Part shown: positions 15,334 to 26,837 of the stretch, one piece after another | Position numbering within the stretch: position 1 is the stretch's first letter | Layout: every line of letters begins with the position of its first letter | From: Haloplanus salinarum | GTDB lineage: Archaea > Halobacteriota > Halobacteria > Halobacteriales > Haloferacaceae | NCBI RefSeq assembly: GCF_024498175.1 | Contig: NZ_CP101823.1 | Span: 2,236,987-2,300,986, forward strand | Direction: 5' to 3' | DNA length: 64,000 nt | Notes under the pieces: generated by a model | Database searches by the model: none | What the model was told of the DNA's origin: nothing | What the model saw: the letters and a program-made list of their open reading frames with translations, nothing else | Program-made: the position numbers and the translations under genes

Positions 15334-18285
15334 TTAGTCGCGCCGAGTGGCCAGCAGCGCGGCCGCGAGCAGCGCGATGACCGCGACGATGGCGCCGAAG
15401 CCGGGGCCGCCGCCCTCGGTGGGCGTCGGCGTGTCGGTCGGTTCGGCGGTCGCCGTGTCCGTCGGCTCGGGCGTTGCCGTGGCCGTCGGTTCGGGCGTTG
15501 CCGTCTCAGTCGGCGTCGGTTCCGGCGTCTCCGTCGGTTCCGGCGTCGCCGTCTGGACGTTCTGGACGATCTCTACGGTGACGATGTCCGTGTTCTCACC
15601 GTCGTCGGCTTCGAGGTCGTACGTCCCCGTCTGGACGTCCTCGAGCTCGATGGTGGTCGACCACGTGCCGTCGTAGGACCACTCGTCGGTCGTCGACAGC
15701 GCGACCGAGTCGCCCTCGGTCGTCAGCAGTTCGGCCGTGATCGAGTTGTCGTCCGGACGGAGGTTCGTCTGGCCTTCGACGACCATCGTGTCGTCGACTC
15801 CGACCGGGTTGACGCCCGAGGCTTCCATGCCTTCGGGGTAGACGTTCTGGATCGTCGACTGCGCGTCGGCGTACCGGAACGTCGAGGTGACCATCCGGTC
15901 GTCGCTCGCGACTGCTTCAGTCGTGTTGTCCACGATCCGGGCACGGACCTGAGCGCCCGTCAGCGTGCCGTCGCTCGGCACGATGTCGTCGACAACGTCC
16001 GTGTCCGTGTTGCCGTAGTTGCCGTCACGACCCGGGAACAGGACGTGGACGCTGACACTCTGGGAGCCCTGGACGTTGTTGATCGTGACCTCGTCCTCCG
16101 AGAACGTGTTGTCGTCGTCCACGGAGATGTCCGTGGTGTAGGTGTTGCCACGGTCGCCGACGAAGATCACGTCGACGTTACTGGCACCGAACGCGGTGCC
16201 CGAGATGTTGACCGTCGAGTCGGTCGTCGAGACCTGCCCGCCCACGGTCTTGACGTTGGCCGTCAGTTCCGTGTCGGTCACACGCAGGGACATCTGCGTG
16301 CTCGTGTTCGTGTTGAACTCCGAGGTCGTCAGGTCGTCGGTCACGGGCTGGTTGAGTCCGTCGACGTCGAGCGCGCCGAAGCGGTAGGTGCCCGGCTGGC
16401 TCAGGATATCGCTGTCCTCCGAGAGGACGATGTCTTCCTCTTCGAAGGTGTCGTCAGCGTCGACGGTGAGCGTGTCCTCCCCGTCGATCGGGACGTGTTC
16501 GTAGTTGTTGTTCCGGCGGGCGTAGAAGGCGACTTCGTCGATGCCTTCCGAGGCCGTGCCGTTGATGTCGACTTCGCTGCCGACGACGTAGGTGCCGCCG
16601 GGCGACTCGATGGTGAGGTCGCCTTCGTTGACGGTGAGGGTCTGCTCGTCGTCCTCACCCTCCTGATCGGTGTTGCTGCCGATCTCGAAGGGAACCTGAG
16701 TCGAGGCGTTGTACAGCGTGAGGTCGACGTCCGAGTCGTCGAGGTACTGCGTTTCGACCTGACCGACGCCGACACCGGTGTCGTCGTCGATGGTGATGTT
16801 CGCGTACGCGTAGTCGATGGTGCCGGAGACTCCGGTCGAGTCCGCAACCGAGCGGTTGACCGCAGTGTCACCGGAGTTGTTCACGAAGCCGACTTCGCCC
16901 GTGTCGCCAACCTGGCGGAAGATGCGCGCGGCGTTCTCCGCAGTCAGGGTGTCGTCACGGAAGTCGTCGGACTCGATGATGACCGTGTGGGTGTCACCGG
17001 CGTCCGAACCCTGGATCTCGAAGCGGACGTCCTCGCCGCGAGTGACTTCGTCCGAGTCGAGCACGAGGTTCGCGTCGTCGTCACCGGTGACGGTGATGGT
17101 CGTGGACTGGGACGCCTCACCGAAGCCGAGGTCGTCCGTGCCAGCGAGGGAGATCGTGTAGGTGCCGGTACCCGTGTTCGCGAGGTCGATCGGGTAGGCG
17201 ACTTCGTTGTCGGAGATGTCGCCACCGCGATCGCTACCATCATCGGTCGTGTACTCGGTCCCGCGGTCGCCGGCCGACCGGATGGGACTGTTGGACGGGT
17301 TGACGTTGTCGTCGACGACGTCACCGGTCACGTCGAGACCGGAGTCGTCCTCGACGGTCAGTTCGAGGTCCTCGGCGTTCTGGTAGTTCCAGGCGCCGAT
17401 GACCGTCAGGTTACCAGCACCGCTACCGTCGCTACCGGAGCTCGGACTGGTACCTTCCGCGACCGAGCCGCCGGCGATGTCGTTGAGGTTGCTGTTCAGG
17501 ACGTCCAGCGTGGTGACACGCGGCGTCTGGACAGTGACGTTGTTGTTGCCGTTGTCACTGTAGCGACCGGTGGACTGGCTCTGGGGGATGTTCGGCGTTT
17601 CGAGCGGAACACCCTCGTCGTTCCCGGCGACCTTGGTCGGCGTGCCGTCGAAGTTGTCGCCCAGGAAGACGTCGGACTCGCCCTGGAAGATCGTCGCACC
17701 GGGGAAGATGTAGCCTTCACCGTCCGCGGTGTTGAAGTCACCAGTGCCGTCCGCGTTACCGGCCCGGTTGTTGTCACCGCCACCGGAGACGAACGCGAAG
17801 TTGGGGGTTTGCGCGCTAGCAGTGCCCTGAGCATCATCAATCGTGATGGTGTTACCTGTCGAAGTGGCCACGCCGACCGTGTCCACAGTTACCTGAATCT
17901 CGACAGTACCGCTAGCAGTGTTACCGTCGTTCGTAGTATCGTTGAGACCTACTTCAACGGTGCTTGCTCCGGTAGTAGAGCTGTTGTTAATCTCAAGCCC
18001 CGAACTACTGCTGATGGTAGCGCTGTCAAGGCCCTCCACCGTGTATCCGGGAGCTCCATGATCGAAGCTGATGTTGTCTGTACCTCCATCTGTGACGGTT
18101 ACCTCAACGGAAACCGTCTGTGTAGTCGCATCTGCCCCAACAATGACGTCCGATGCGGACGCATTGCTGAGATCAGTTGCCTCTGCAGCAGCCGTCCCCG
18201 AGAGCGCCACGGTACCAGCGAAGACGCTGAATACCATGAGCGCAGCAAGGACGACCGCGCGAGCTTTCTTGTTATAGTCTGTCAT
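15334..18285 (-). CDS. large secreted cell-surface glycoprotein with PGF-CTERM archaeosortase sorting signal
   Basis: N-terminal signal/TM MTDYNKKARAVVLAALMVFSVFAGTVALSGTAAA; D/T/S/G/V-rich body with many N-x-S/T sequons; C-terminus PEPTETPEPTPTET...GGGPGFGAIVAVIALLAAALLATRRD; start trimmed from 18414 to internal ATG. Confidence 0.75.
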   Translation of the reverse strand: MTDYNKKARAVVLAALMVFSVFAGTVALSGTAAAEATDLSNASASDVIVGADATTQTVSVEVTVTDGGTDNISFDHGAPGYTVEGLDSATISSSSGLEINNSSTTGASTVEVGLNDTTNDGNTASGTVEIQVTVDTVGVATSTGNTITIDDAQGTASAQTPNFAFVSGGGDNNRAGNADGTGDFNTADGEGYIFPGATIFQGESDVFLGDNFDGTPTKVAGNDEGVPLETPNIPQSQSTGRYSDNGNNNVTVQTPRVTTLDVLNSNLNDIAGGSVAEGTSPSSGSDGSGAGNLTVIGAWNYQNAEDLELTVEDDSGLDVTGDVVDDNVNPSNSPIRSAGDRGTEYTTDDGSDRGGDISDNEVAYPIDLANTGTGTYTISLAGTDDLGFGEASQSTTITVTGDDDANLVLDSDEVTRGEDVRFEIQGSDAGDTHTVIIESDDFRDDTLTAENAARIFRQVGDTGEVGFVNNSGDTAVNRSVADSTGVSGTIDYAYANITIDDDTGVGVGQVETQYLDDSDVDLTLYNASTQVPFEIGSNTDQEGEDDEQTLTVNEGDLTIESPGGTYVVGSEVDINGTASEGIDEVAFYARRNNNYEHVPIDGEDTLTVDADDTFEEEDIVLSEDSDILSQPGTYRFGALDVDGLNQPVTDDLTTSEFNTNTSTQMSLRVTDTELTANVKTVGGQVSTTDSTVNISGTAFGASNVDVIFVGDRGNTYTTDISVDDDNTFSEDEVTINNVQGSQSVSVHVLFPGRDGNYGNTDTDVVDDIVPSDGTLTGAQVRARIVDNTTEAVASDDRMVTSTFRYADAQSTIQNVYPEGMEASGVNPVGVDDTMVVEGQTNLRPDDNSITAELLTTEGDSVALSTTDEWSYDGTWSTTIELEDVQTGTYDLEADDGENTDIVTVEIVQNVQTATPEPTETPEPTPTETATPEPTATATPEPTDTATAEPTDTPTPTEGGGPGFGAIVAVIALLAAALLATRRD

Positions 18286-18597
18286 TTTTTTGCGTTGTTG
18301 ATCTGCACCGCAGTGACAGTCCGGAGGTCGGTCCTCTTTCGTGCCGGTTCGTGATCTTGCCATCCGGGTGGACAGCGCGACCACTGGTAGGGGTACGGGC
18401 ACTTCTTTATCCAAGTCTGGTATATGTTTTGTGGTATTGTCGTATGTGTCAGACGTTCTCAGAGAAGGGCGAAATCGGGGACGGGACGGCGGTCGGCGCG
18501 GTCGTGATCACCGTTCGTGTTCGACGGACCCGAACCACGAACGGGAGCGCGACGGCGGACCGGACACCATTTATGTCGGGGGAGCGGAGGACGACGT

Positions 18598-19587
18598 ATG
18601 CGACGCCGCGCGTTCCTCGCTTCGGCCGGAATCGCCGCCCTCGCGGGCTGTTCGAACGGCGACGGTCCGAACGACACGACGCCGACCGGGACCGAGACCG
18701 GGACCGAAACCGGGACGGGAAGCGGCTCCGCGGAGTTCGAGTTCCTCGGGGTCGAGGCAGCCGACCAGATCTCGATCAACGTCCCGACCACCTTCGGGTT
18801 CGGCGTTCGTAACGTCGGCTCGGCGGAGGGGACGTTCACCGCGACCCTGGAGACGAGACGGGCCGGCGAGGAGTGGACACAGGCAAGCGAGATCGAGATG
18901 TCCCTCGCTGCCGGCGAGACGGGCGAGTGGCACAGCCCCCGGTTCGCGCTCAACTATCTCGACACCTACGAGTTCCGGCTCCCGGCCGTCGACGAGACGT
19001 GGTCGATCGAGACGATGCCACGACGGCTGGATTTCGGCAACTACTACGCCGTCCCGACGGGGCTGTACATCAACGTCCTCGGCGGATCGTTCGAGGCGGA
19101 GTATCCGACGAGCGACGAAACGACGAACGCCACGGCGACCCCCACCAACGGGACCGCGACGCCCGAACCGACCCCCACCAACGGGACCGCGACGCCCGAA
19201 CCGACCCCCACCAACGGGACCGCGACGCCCGAACCGACCCCCACCAACGGGACCGCGACGCCCGAACCGACCCCGACGCCGAGCACGCCGAGTCCCGACG
19301 AGGGGGATATCTGGGCGGTCATGCGCATCGACGTGCGGAACCGCCTCCAAGAGCCACAGTCCACGCCCGATCCCTCGGAGTTCGTCCTCGAGATCGAGGG
19401 CGAGCGCCGACCACAGCACCAGGAGGTCAGCGACGACCCCTACGACGGCGGGGAGCTGGCGGCCCGAACCGTCGAACGGGGCGACCTCGTGTACGCCGTC
19501 CCCGAGGGGACGCGTGCACGCGACGTCACGTTGTGGTGGGAGTCGTCGCTCCCGGGCGGCGACGTGAGATCGATCTGGACGAAGTAG
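18598..19587 (+). CDS. Tat-signal lipoprotein with Thr/Pro-rich N-glycosylation-sequon repeat linker
   Basis: MRRRAFLASAGIAALAGCS (twin-Arg plus lipobox); 4x TPTNGTATPEP; start moved to internal ATG of ORF 18517..19587. Confidence 0.65.
   Translation: MRRRAFLASAGIAALAGCSNGDGPNDTTPTGTETGTETGTGSGSAEFEFLGVEAADQISINVPTTFGFGVRNVGSAEGTFTATLETRRAGEEWTQASEIEMSLAAGETGEWHSPRFALNYLDTYEFRLPAVDETWSIETMPRRLDFGNYYAVPTGLYINVLGGSFEAEYPTSDETTNATATPTNGTATPEPTPTNGTATPEPTPTNGTATPEPTPTNGTATPEPTPTPSTPSPDEGDIWAVMRIDVRNRLQEPQSTPDPSEFVLEIEGERRPQHQEVSDDPYDGGELAARTVERGDLVYAVPEGTRARDVTLWWESSLPGGDVRSIWTK
19141..19272 (+). repeat. 4 x 33-bp perfect tandem coding repeat (cccaccaacgggaccgcgacgcccgaaccgacc)
   Basis: read directly; encodes PTNGTATPEPT x4 inside the lipoprotein gene. 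Confidence 0.85.
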
Positions 19588-19865
19588 GCGATCAGGGGAG
19601 GGCGGCGACGGCACAGCCGGCCATCGCGACGAGCAACAGCGCGGTCGACAGCGCTTCGACCATGCAGCCGACGGGCGAGAGCACGTGAAAGACGTCACGA
19701 AGGGTGATCTCTATTTGCATTTTCGTATTCCAAACGACGATTGTATCTCGATGTTTTAGAGTTTGACGCTCCAATTCTAACTATTTATTGTATTCGTGGG
19801 CGAAAAACGTTACATACTTCTTCCGATATCGTGGACGTCGCTGTCCGAGTGAGAACGGGAAGGAG

Positions 19866-20017
19866 TGCCCGGGGTGGGCTCCGAACCCACGATCTCCGCA
19901 TATCCCAGGTACGAGGCTCGGCGGGCCTCACGGGATCGGGAGGCTTCCAAGGCGTATCCGCACCGAAGCTCGAATACCCTATGAGTGCGGCGCTATGTCC
20001 AGCTAAGCCACCCGGGC
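19866..20017 (-). tRNA. elongator tRNA-Met (anticodon CAT) with a 78-nt intron at the canonical 37/38 position (5' exon 20017-19980, intron 19979-19902, 3' exon 19901-19866)
   Basis: manual fold: acceptor GCCCGGG/CCCGGGC, D-stem GCTT/TAGC, anticodon stem CCGCA/UGCGG, loop CU-CAU-A|A, variable AGAUC, T-arm GUGGG-UUCGGAG-CCCAC, discriminator A; G1:C72 and no GGG/CCC anticodon stem, so not initiator. Confidence 0.7.
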
Positions 20018-20176
20018 GCACTCACTCGTAGGCAAATCGTCCCCTTGAAGCTTCCCATATCGGTCCACCTCTCGGGGACGGAGTGGCGGCGACTGGTTCG
20101 GGGCGGGAGGGGCGACGACCGCCGCCAGCGACGGACAGCCGGCAGAATTATCATCCGCGGGGGGAACACTCCGTCC

Positions 20177-21148
20177 ATGAGTTTGCCGGAGATCGTCCAG
20201 TCTAGCCTCGACGGCGAGTCCGTGGCGGCTCGGGTCGGACTCGGCGGCGAGGACCTGCTTCTCGTGACGCCGACGCGGACGCTCGTCTACCGGGCCGAGG
20301 GCCTCCTCTCGGACGAGGCGGTCGAGGAGTTCCCGCACGACGCCGAACACGTCGGCGTCTCGGAGGGGCGACGGAAGGCGGAGATCACCCTCGATTACGG
20401 CCTCGACGGCGAGCGGACGTTCTCGGTCCCGACGAAGCAACTCGACCAGGTGATCCACCCGGTGCTCGCGGGCGTGTTGAACGCCCGGGGCGTAACCGAC
20501 ACCGGCGAGACGGTGAAACAGACCTACCGCTTCAGCGAACTCACCATCGTCGTCACGAGCGCGCGATTGGTGCGTCACATCGGCGAGGCCGTCTGGGACG
20601 AGGAGTACGACGAGTACCACTTCGACGACGTGACCGACCTCGATTTCGAGGAGGGGAGCGTCGCCACGTCGGTCGTCATCACCGTCGGCGGGCGACAGGA
20701 GCGGTTCAAGGCGCCGAACGATCAGGCGCGGGCGCTTCGCGAGGGGCTCGTCGAGGCCGTGTGTACGCACCACGGCGTCGACGGCCTCGACGACCTCCGG
20801 GCGGCCACGGCGACCGACGACGAGGAGGACGAGGCCGAGGAGACGGTATCGTTCGGCGAGGGGCCGGCGCCGCTGGGATCGAGCGACGGTGCGAATGTGG
20901 ACGAGGGCGAGGAGAGCGAGGACGAGTCGGCGGCGACGACCGGCGCGGCGGACACCGCACCCGTCGGCGAGGGTAAAGAGAGCGGGTTCGACGACTCCGG
21001 CTTCCAGTCCGCCGGCGTCGTGGACGACCCCGCGGTCGCGCGGGAACTCGCCGAACTCCGCGAGGCGGTGGAGGCCCAGAACGAGCGCCTCGAACGGCAG
21101 GAGCGGACGATCCAGCAGTTGATCGAGGAACTCAGACAGGGCCGGTAG
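20177..21148 (+). CDS. acidic hypothetical protein with C-terminal coiled coil
   Basis: ORF 19985..21148 trimmed to ATG 20177 (upstream part overlaps the tRNA); C-terminus ELRQGR coiled-coil. Confidence 0.5.
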   Translation: MSLPEIVQSSLDGESVAARVGLGGEDLLLVTPTRTLVYRAEGLLSDEAVEEFPHDAEHVGVSEGRRKAEITLDYGLDGERTFSVPTKQLDQVIHPVLAGVLNARGVTDTGETVKQTYRFSELTIVVTSARLVRHIGEAVWDEEYDEYHFDDVTDLDFEEGSVATSVVITVGGRQERFKAPNDQARALREGLVEAVCTHHGVDGLDDLRAATATDDEEDEAEETVSFGEGPAPLGSSDGANVDEGEESEDESAATTGAADTAPVGEGKESGFDDSGFQSAGVVDDPAVARELAELREAVEAQNERLERQERTIQQLIEELRQGR

Positions 21149-21574
21149 CTACTCCCGGCCGAGCACTTTTCGCACGCAGGAGGAGCCGAAGGGGCCGAGT
21201 TCGCCGGCGTCAAGCCGGACGAAGTGGCCGGTCGAGAGCGACGCGCCACAGCGCCGACAGTCGAAGTCGCCCTCGCGCGAGACGACGTCGCGTTCGAAGC
21301 TGACGTAGCCGCCGCGGCGGACGCGGATCCGGCCGTCCTCGCGTTCGAGGATGCCTCGCAGTTCGGCCTCGTCGAGGATCCGCCGCACGAGCGCCGGATC
21401 GGTCGTCACCGTCTCGATCCGGTCGACGGCCGCCGGGAGCGGCAACTGCTCGTGTTCGAGGTTCGCGAGCAGGTCGAGCGCGAGTTCGACGCGCTCCTTC
21501 CGGGGGGTGCGGTCCGACTCGGTCACGACCGCCCGTTCGACGGCCCCCGTCAAGAACGTCCCGACGAAGGACAA
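21149..21574 (-). CDS. conserved hypothetical protein with C-terminal Cys cluster (CRRCGASLSTGHF...SSC)
   Basis: ORF track. Confidence 0.5.
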   Translation of the reverse strand: MSFVGTFLTGAVERAVVTESDRTPRKERVELALDLLANLEHEQLPLPAAVDRIETVTTDPALVRRILDEAELRGILEREDGRIRVRRGGYVSFERDVVSREGDFDCRRCGASLSTGHFVRLDAGELGPFGSSCVRKVLGRE

Positions 21575-21605
21575 CGCGTTTGGGGCGGGACGACGACCGG
21601 AGCGT

Positions 21606-22229
21606 ATGGACCGCCGGATGCGGCTCGTCGCCGGCGCGGGGCTGTGCTCGCTCGTCGCCGTCCTCGCGTGGGCGAGTTCGCCGGCGTGGGCGCTCGGCCG
21701 CCTGGCGTGGGTGGCGGCCGATCCGCTGCGCCTGACGGCCGCGCTCGTCGTCGTCGCCGCCGTCCGGCCGCTGTTCGCGTGGCCGACGACGTTGCTCGCC
21801 GTCGTCGCCGGCTACGGCCTGGGACTCGCTGGGCTTCCCCTCGCGCTCGCGCTCGTAGTCCTGACGAGCCTCCCCCCCTACTGGCTCGCCGGGCGCGGCG
21901 TCCGGGAGGGGCGGCTCACGGCCGCGGGCGAGCGACTGGTCGCGGAGACGGGCGACCTGCGGAGCGTCGTCGGGAGTCGGCTCCTGCCGCTCCCCTCCGA
22001 CGTCGTCTCGGCCGGCGCGGGCGTGGCGGGGGTCGCCCCGGGGACGTTCGCGCTCGGCACCGCGATCGGCGAGGTGCCGTGGGTGGCGGCCGGCGTCCTC
22101 GCGGGCGACTCGTTCGCGACGCTGGAGACGGCGTCGCTGTCGGCGGCGATGGATCCCCGCGTGGTCGTCGGCGCGGCGCTCCTCGCGGCGCTCGCCTTCG
22201 CCGGGCCGGCCTACCGCCTGATCGCCGGC

Positions 22230-22244
<15 letters not shown>
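21606..22244 (+). CDS. DedA/TVP38/SNARE-associated family membrane protein
   Basis: multi-TM; LPPYWLAGRGVREG and overall topology typical of DedA; start at MDRRMRLV (internal ATG). Confidence 0.65.
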
Positions 22245-23744
<1,500 letters not shown>

Positions 23745-23788
23745 GTCCGGAGCGAGGCCGCCGCCGGTTAACTACCTGTTGAATCGGG

Positions 23789-25714
23789 TCAGTGCAGGTC
23801 GAGCGTCAGCCCGAACTCGTCGAGGTAGAACTGCTCGCCGACGCCCTCGTCCGCCAGGTCGTTGAACGCCTGCTTCACGACGTGGGGGTCGTACCCCGCC
23901 TCGCGGACGTCCGCCAGGGTGACGGAGTCGGCGGTCACGTCGTCGACGTACGTCTCGCGGACGTGGTCGACACACGCGGCCACGCGCTCGGCGGTCACCG
24001 GCGGTTCGAACAGCGCGGCGTTGTCCGCGACCACCGGGTCGGTCTCGTCGTAGTAGAGGGTCCCGTCCTGGAGGTCGACCAGACAGAGGCTCAAGCGCCG
24101 GCTGAACCGGCTGCCGCCGTCGCCGTCGCCGCCGGCGACCTGTCGGCGGGCGCGCTCGGACCATCCCGTCGGCGACGCCACCGCGAGGAGGTAGTGGTAG
24201 CCCTCGCGTTCGGCCTCGTAGACGACGGGGTTGACCACGTCGAGCAGTCGGTCGACGTCGGCCGGCGCGGCGTCGAAGCCGGCGCGGACGTGGGCGTCGA
24301 GGTTGCTGATCACCTGCGCCTCGATCACGAGCGTCGGATCGCGCGAGAGGCCGAGGTACCGCTCGTCGGTGACCTCGTACCGCGCACAGCGGTTGTGCGG
24401 ATACCGTTCCGGGTCCTCGTCGTCGGGGAGGAGGTCGAGCAGGCGGGCCCGGTCCGTGCGCCGCTCGCTGCGGTCCTCCCAGTAGCCGTCGGGGACGTCC
24501 CGCGCCCCGTCGGGCGTGTGGACGACCGACGCCTCGTGCATCGAGATGTCGAACCGGCCGAGGTAGTCCATCTCGAACAGCCGGGCCATCGGGGTCGTCA
24601 CCACGTCGTCGCCGCCCTCGGGGTCGTCGTCGCCGACGGCGGCCTCCAGGTCGGCCCGCCGCTCGTCGAGGCGCTCGCTCTCGGCGGCCAACTGCTCGCG
24701 TTCGCGTTCGAGGCGGCGGACCTCCGCCTCGATGCGCTCGTGCTGGGCGTCGAGGTCCGACAGTTCGTCGTCGAGGATGGCCGAGGCCTCCTCCCGGACG
24801 GCCTCGCGGGCGGCCTCCTTCGTCTCCTCCCGGACGGATTCGAGGCTCGACGCCTGTGCCTCCAGGTCGGCCTTGAGTTCCTTCACCTGCTCGACCTGCG
24901 CGGCGAGCTCGGCCATCGCCTCGCCGCTGCGATCGGTGTATCGCTCGATCCGGGTCTCGGCGCTCGCGTCGGCCGAGGGGTCGAGGAGGGCGGCCTCGAG
25001 TTCGCGGAACTCCCCGCGCAGGTCGCCGTCGATCCGTTCGGAGAGGTCGGCGAGGCCGGACTCCAGTTCCTCACTCACGCGCTCGCGCTCGCGCTCGGCC
25101 TCGCCCACCGCGGTGATCGCTTCCTCGATGGTCTCGACCGTGTGGACGAGTCCCTGGGTCTCGACGTAGACGAAGAAGCCCTGTCGGATCTTCTCCCGGC
25201 GCTCCTCGTAGCGCTCGATCAGTCGCTCCATCACGTCGCGCTGGACGTCCGGATCCTCCAGCAGGTCGTCCAGGTCGCTGAGTTGCGTGGCGGTGTACTC
25301 GGTCACGAGTTCGTACACCTCGCCCTCCATCCGGCGGACGCGGGTGGCGATCTGTTCCTCGGAGAGCGCGTCGAACTGTTTGTACCGCTCGAAATCGACG
25401 ACCGCCTGGAGTTCGGCGTCGACGAAATCGCCCGCCATGGCGGGCGGAACGCCGCCGTCGTCGTAGAAACTCGCCGCCACGAAGAGCCTGGCGAGGCGGA
25501 ACTCGCTGCGGATGCGGTCCTCCTCGGCGCCGGTGAAGAAGTCCGGACACTCCGCGGTGAACTCGAAGACGAAATCCTCCTCGTCGGCCTTGAGTTCGTT
25601 GTACCGCTCGATGCGGGCGCGCTCCGACAGCCGTTCGAGCGCGGCCAAGTCCTCGTTCAGCACGCGATCCTTCGTGTGGGTCAGCTCCCTGTATCGCTCC
25701 TTGCAGTTGCTCAT
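23789..25714 (-). CDS. large acidic coiled-coil hypothetical protein, 641 aa
   Basis: ORF track; central ~200 aa heptad-rich E/R/A/L region; C-terminal globular domain (HYLLAVASPTGWSERA). Confidence 0.6.
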   Translation of the reverse strand: MSNCKERYRELTHTKDRVLNEDLAALERLSERARIERYNELKADEEDFVFEFTAECPDFFTGAEEDRIRSEFRLARLFVAASFYDDGGVPPAMAGDFVDAELQAVVDFERYKQFDALSEEQIATRVRRMEGEVYELVTEYTATQLSDLDDLLEDPDVQRDVMERLIERYEERREKIRQGFFVYVETQGLVHTVETIEEAITAVGEAERERERVSEELESGLADLSERIDGDLRGEFRELEAALLDPSADASAETRIERYTDRSGEAMAELAAQVEQVKELKADLEAQASSLESVREETKEAAREAVREEASAILDDELSDLDAQHERIEAEVRRLEREREQLAAESERLDERRADLEAAVGDDDPEGGDDVVTTPMARLFEMDYLGRFDISMHEASVVHTPDGARDVPDGYWEDRSERRTDRARLLDLLPDDEDPERYPHNRCARYEVTDERYLGLSRDPTLVIEAQVISNLDAHVRAGFDAAPADVDRLLDVVNPVVYEAEREGYHYLLAVASPTGWSERARRQVAGGDGDGGSRFSRRLSLCLVDLQDGTLYYDETDPVVADNAALFEPPVTAERVAACVDHVRETYVDDVTADSVTLADVREAGYDPHVVKQAFNDLADEGVGEQFYLDEFGLTLDLH

Positions 25715-25721
25715 GCGTGGG

Positions 25722-26243
25722 TCAACTCCGCTGGCTCGCCGCGTAGTCCGTCAGTTCGGTCTCGAAGAACTCCGCCAGGAACGACGGCGCGTCCGAGTAG
25801 CCCCTGATCCGGAGCCGCACCGTCGTCCCGTCGTCCGCCTCGTCGAGTTCGTAGGCCGCCGTCGCCCGCCCCTTCTTCGTGTACATCTCGTACTCGTTGT
25901 GCGCCGCCGACTGGAGGACCGCCTTCTTCTTCGAGAGCATGTACTCGACGAACGACTCGACGGCGTCCGGCTCCGCGGGCACGGTGCGTTCGACGGTCCG
26001 CGTCGTCGGCGACACCTCCGCGCCGCTCTCCTCCAGCCGGTAGGCTCGAATCCGCTCCTCGGGGACCTTCGAGATGAGCCGCTCGTAGAGGCTGTCGTGG
26101 TCGACGTCGGCGGCGAGTCGAACCACCCCTTCCGGCCGACGCAACTCGCCTTCGGACCAGTTGTTGAAGAGATACTCGACGCGCTTTCGCTCGGCGTCGT
26201 CCGCGTAGTCGACGACGTAGAGGTACGACGGCTCGTCGGTCAT
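25722..26243 (-). CDS. hypothetical protein, 173 aa; upstream partner of the 641-aa protein with 7-nt spacing
   Basis: ORF track. Confidence 0.55.
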   Translation of the reverse strand: MTDEPSYLYVVDYADDAERKRVEYLFNNWSEGELRRPEGVVRLAADVDHDSLYERLISKVPEERIRAYRLEESGAEVSPTTRTVERTVPAEPDAVESFVEYMLSKKKAVLQSAAHNEYEMYTKKGRATAAYELDEADDGTTVRLRIRGYSDAPSFLAEFFETELTDYAASQRS

Positions 26244-26459
26244 CGACGGGACGCGACGATGGGGGGATCACCACACGCCCTTCCAACGCGCGGGCTCTCG
26301 ACGGGGTCACTCACTGTCGGTCACGCTCGTTCGAACGTGTCGGACCCGAACCATTAAAGTGTTTCTCCGAGTGGGTTTCGATAGATAGTCTCCACTATGG
26401 AGAAACGATGTTGCTCCTGATGGGAGAAAAGTTTAAGTCAATAGATATGGACATTCATC

Positions 26460-26765
26460 GTGAACGTCGAGGGAACACGATACATGGCACCTGTGCACTG
26501 GCTGTCCGCCGGCGTACTCGCACTCAACGTCGTCATCGGCGTCGCGCTCGTGTTGGGCGTCTTCATGTTCATGGAGCGTCGCATCCAACTGGGCGCGTTC
26601 GGGGGCCTCTTCGCGGGGGCGGCCGTCATCTACGTCGAGGCGACGATAGGGGAGCAGCTACTCCGAGTTAGTGTCGGCGAGATGAAAATTCTCGTCCTCG
26701 CGGCGGCGTTCGGCGCAGTACTGGGCGTCGTCGGAACGGTCTTGACGGTCAAGCCGGAGCTATGA
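26460..26765 (+). CDS. small membrane protein
   Basis: ORF track; three hydrophobic helices. Confidence 0.4.
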   Translation: MNVEGTRYMAPVHWLSAGVLALNVVIGVALVLGVFMFMERRIQLGAFGGLFAGAAVIYVEATIGEQLLRVSVGEMKILVLAAAFGAVLGVVGTVLTVKPEL

Positions 26766-26837
26766 GCGACCGTCGCGCCGGCTAGGGGGCATCGTGCGGA
26801 GAAAGTATCATGACGGTACCACAACGAAACACGAATC

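Noticed and set aside
15347-18354. Long + strand ORFs (16045..18354, 15347..15676 etc.) antisense to the surface glycoprotein gene
   Set aside because: Stop-poor antisense frames are expected at ~68% GC; products are Arg/Val/Gly-rich nonsense lacking any motif, whereas the minus-strand gene has signal peptide, glycosylation sequons and PGF-CTERM
19141-19272. Possible CRISPR array (regular 33-bp repeats)
   Set aside because: Repeats are perfectly tandem with no spacers and are in-frame coding sequence (PTNGTATPEPT x4) of a lipoprotein
19866-20017. Initiator tRNA-Met
   Set aside because: G1:C72 acceptor pair and anticodon stem CCGCA/UGCGG lack the archaeal initiator signatures (A1:U72, three G:C pairs at 29-31/39-41)
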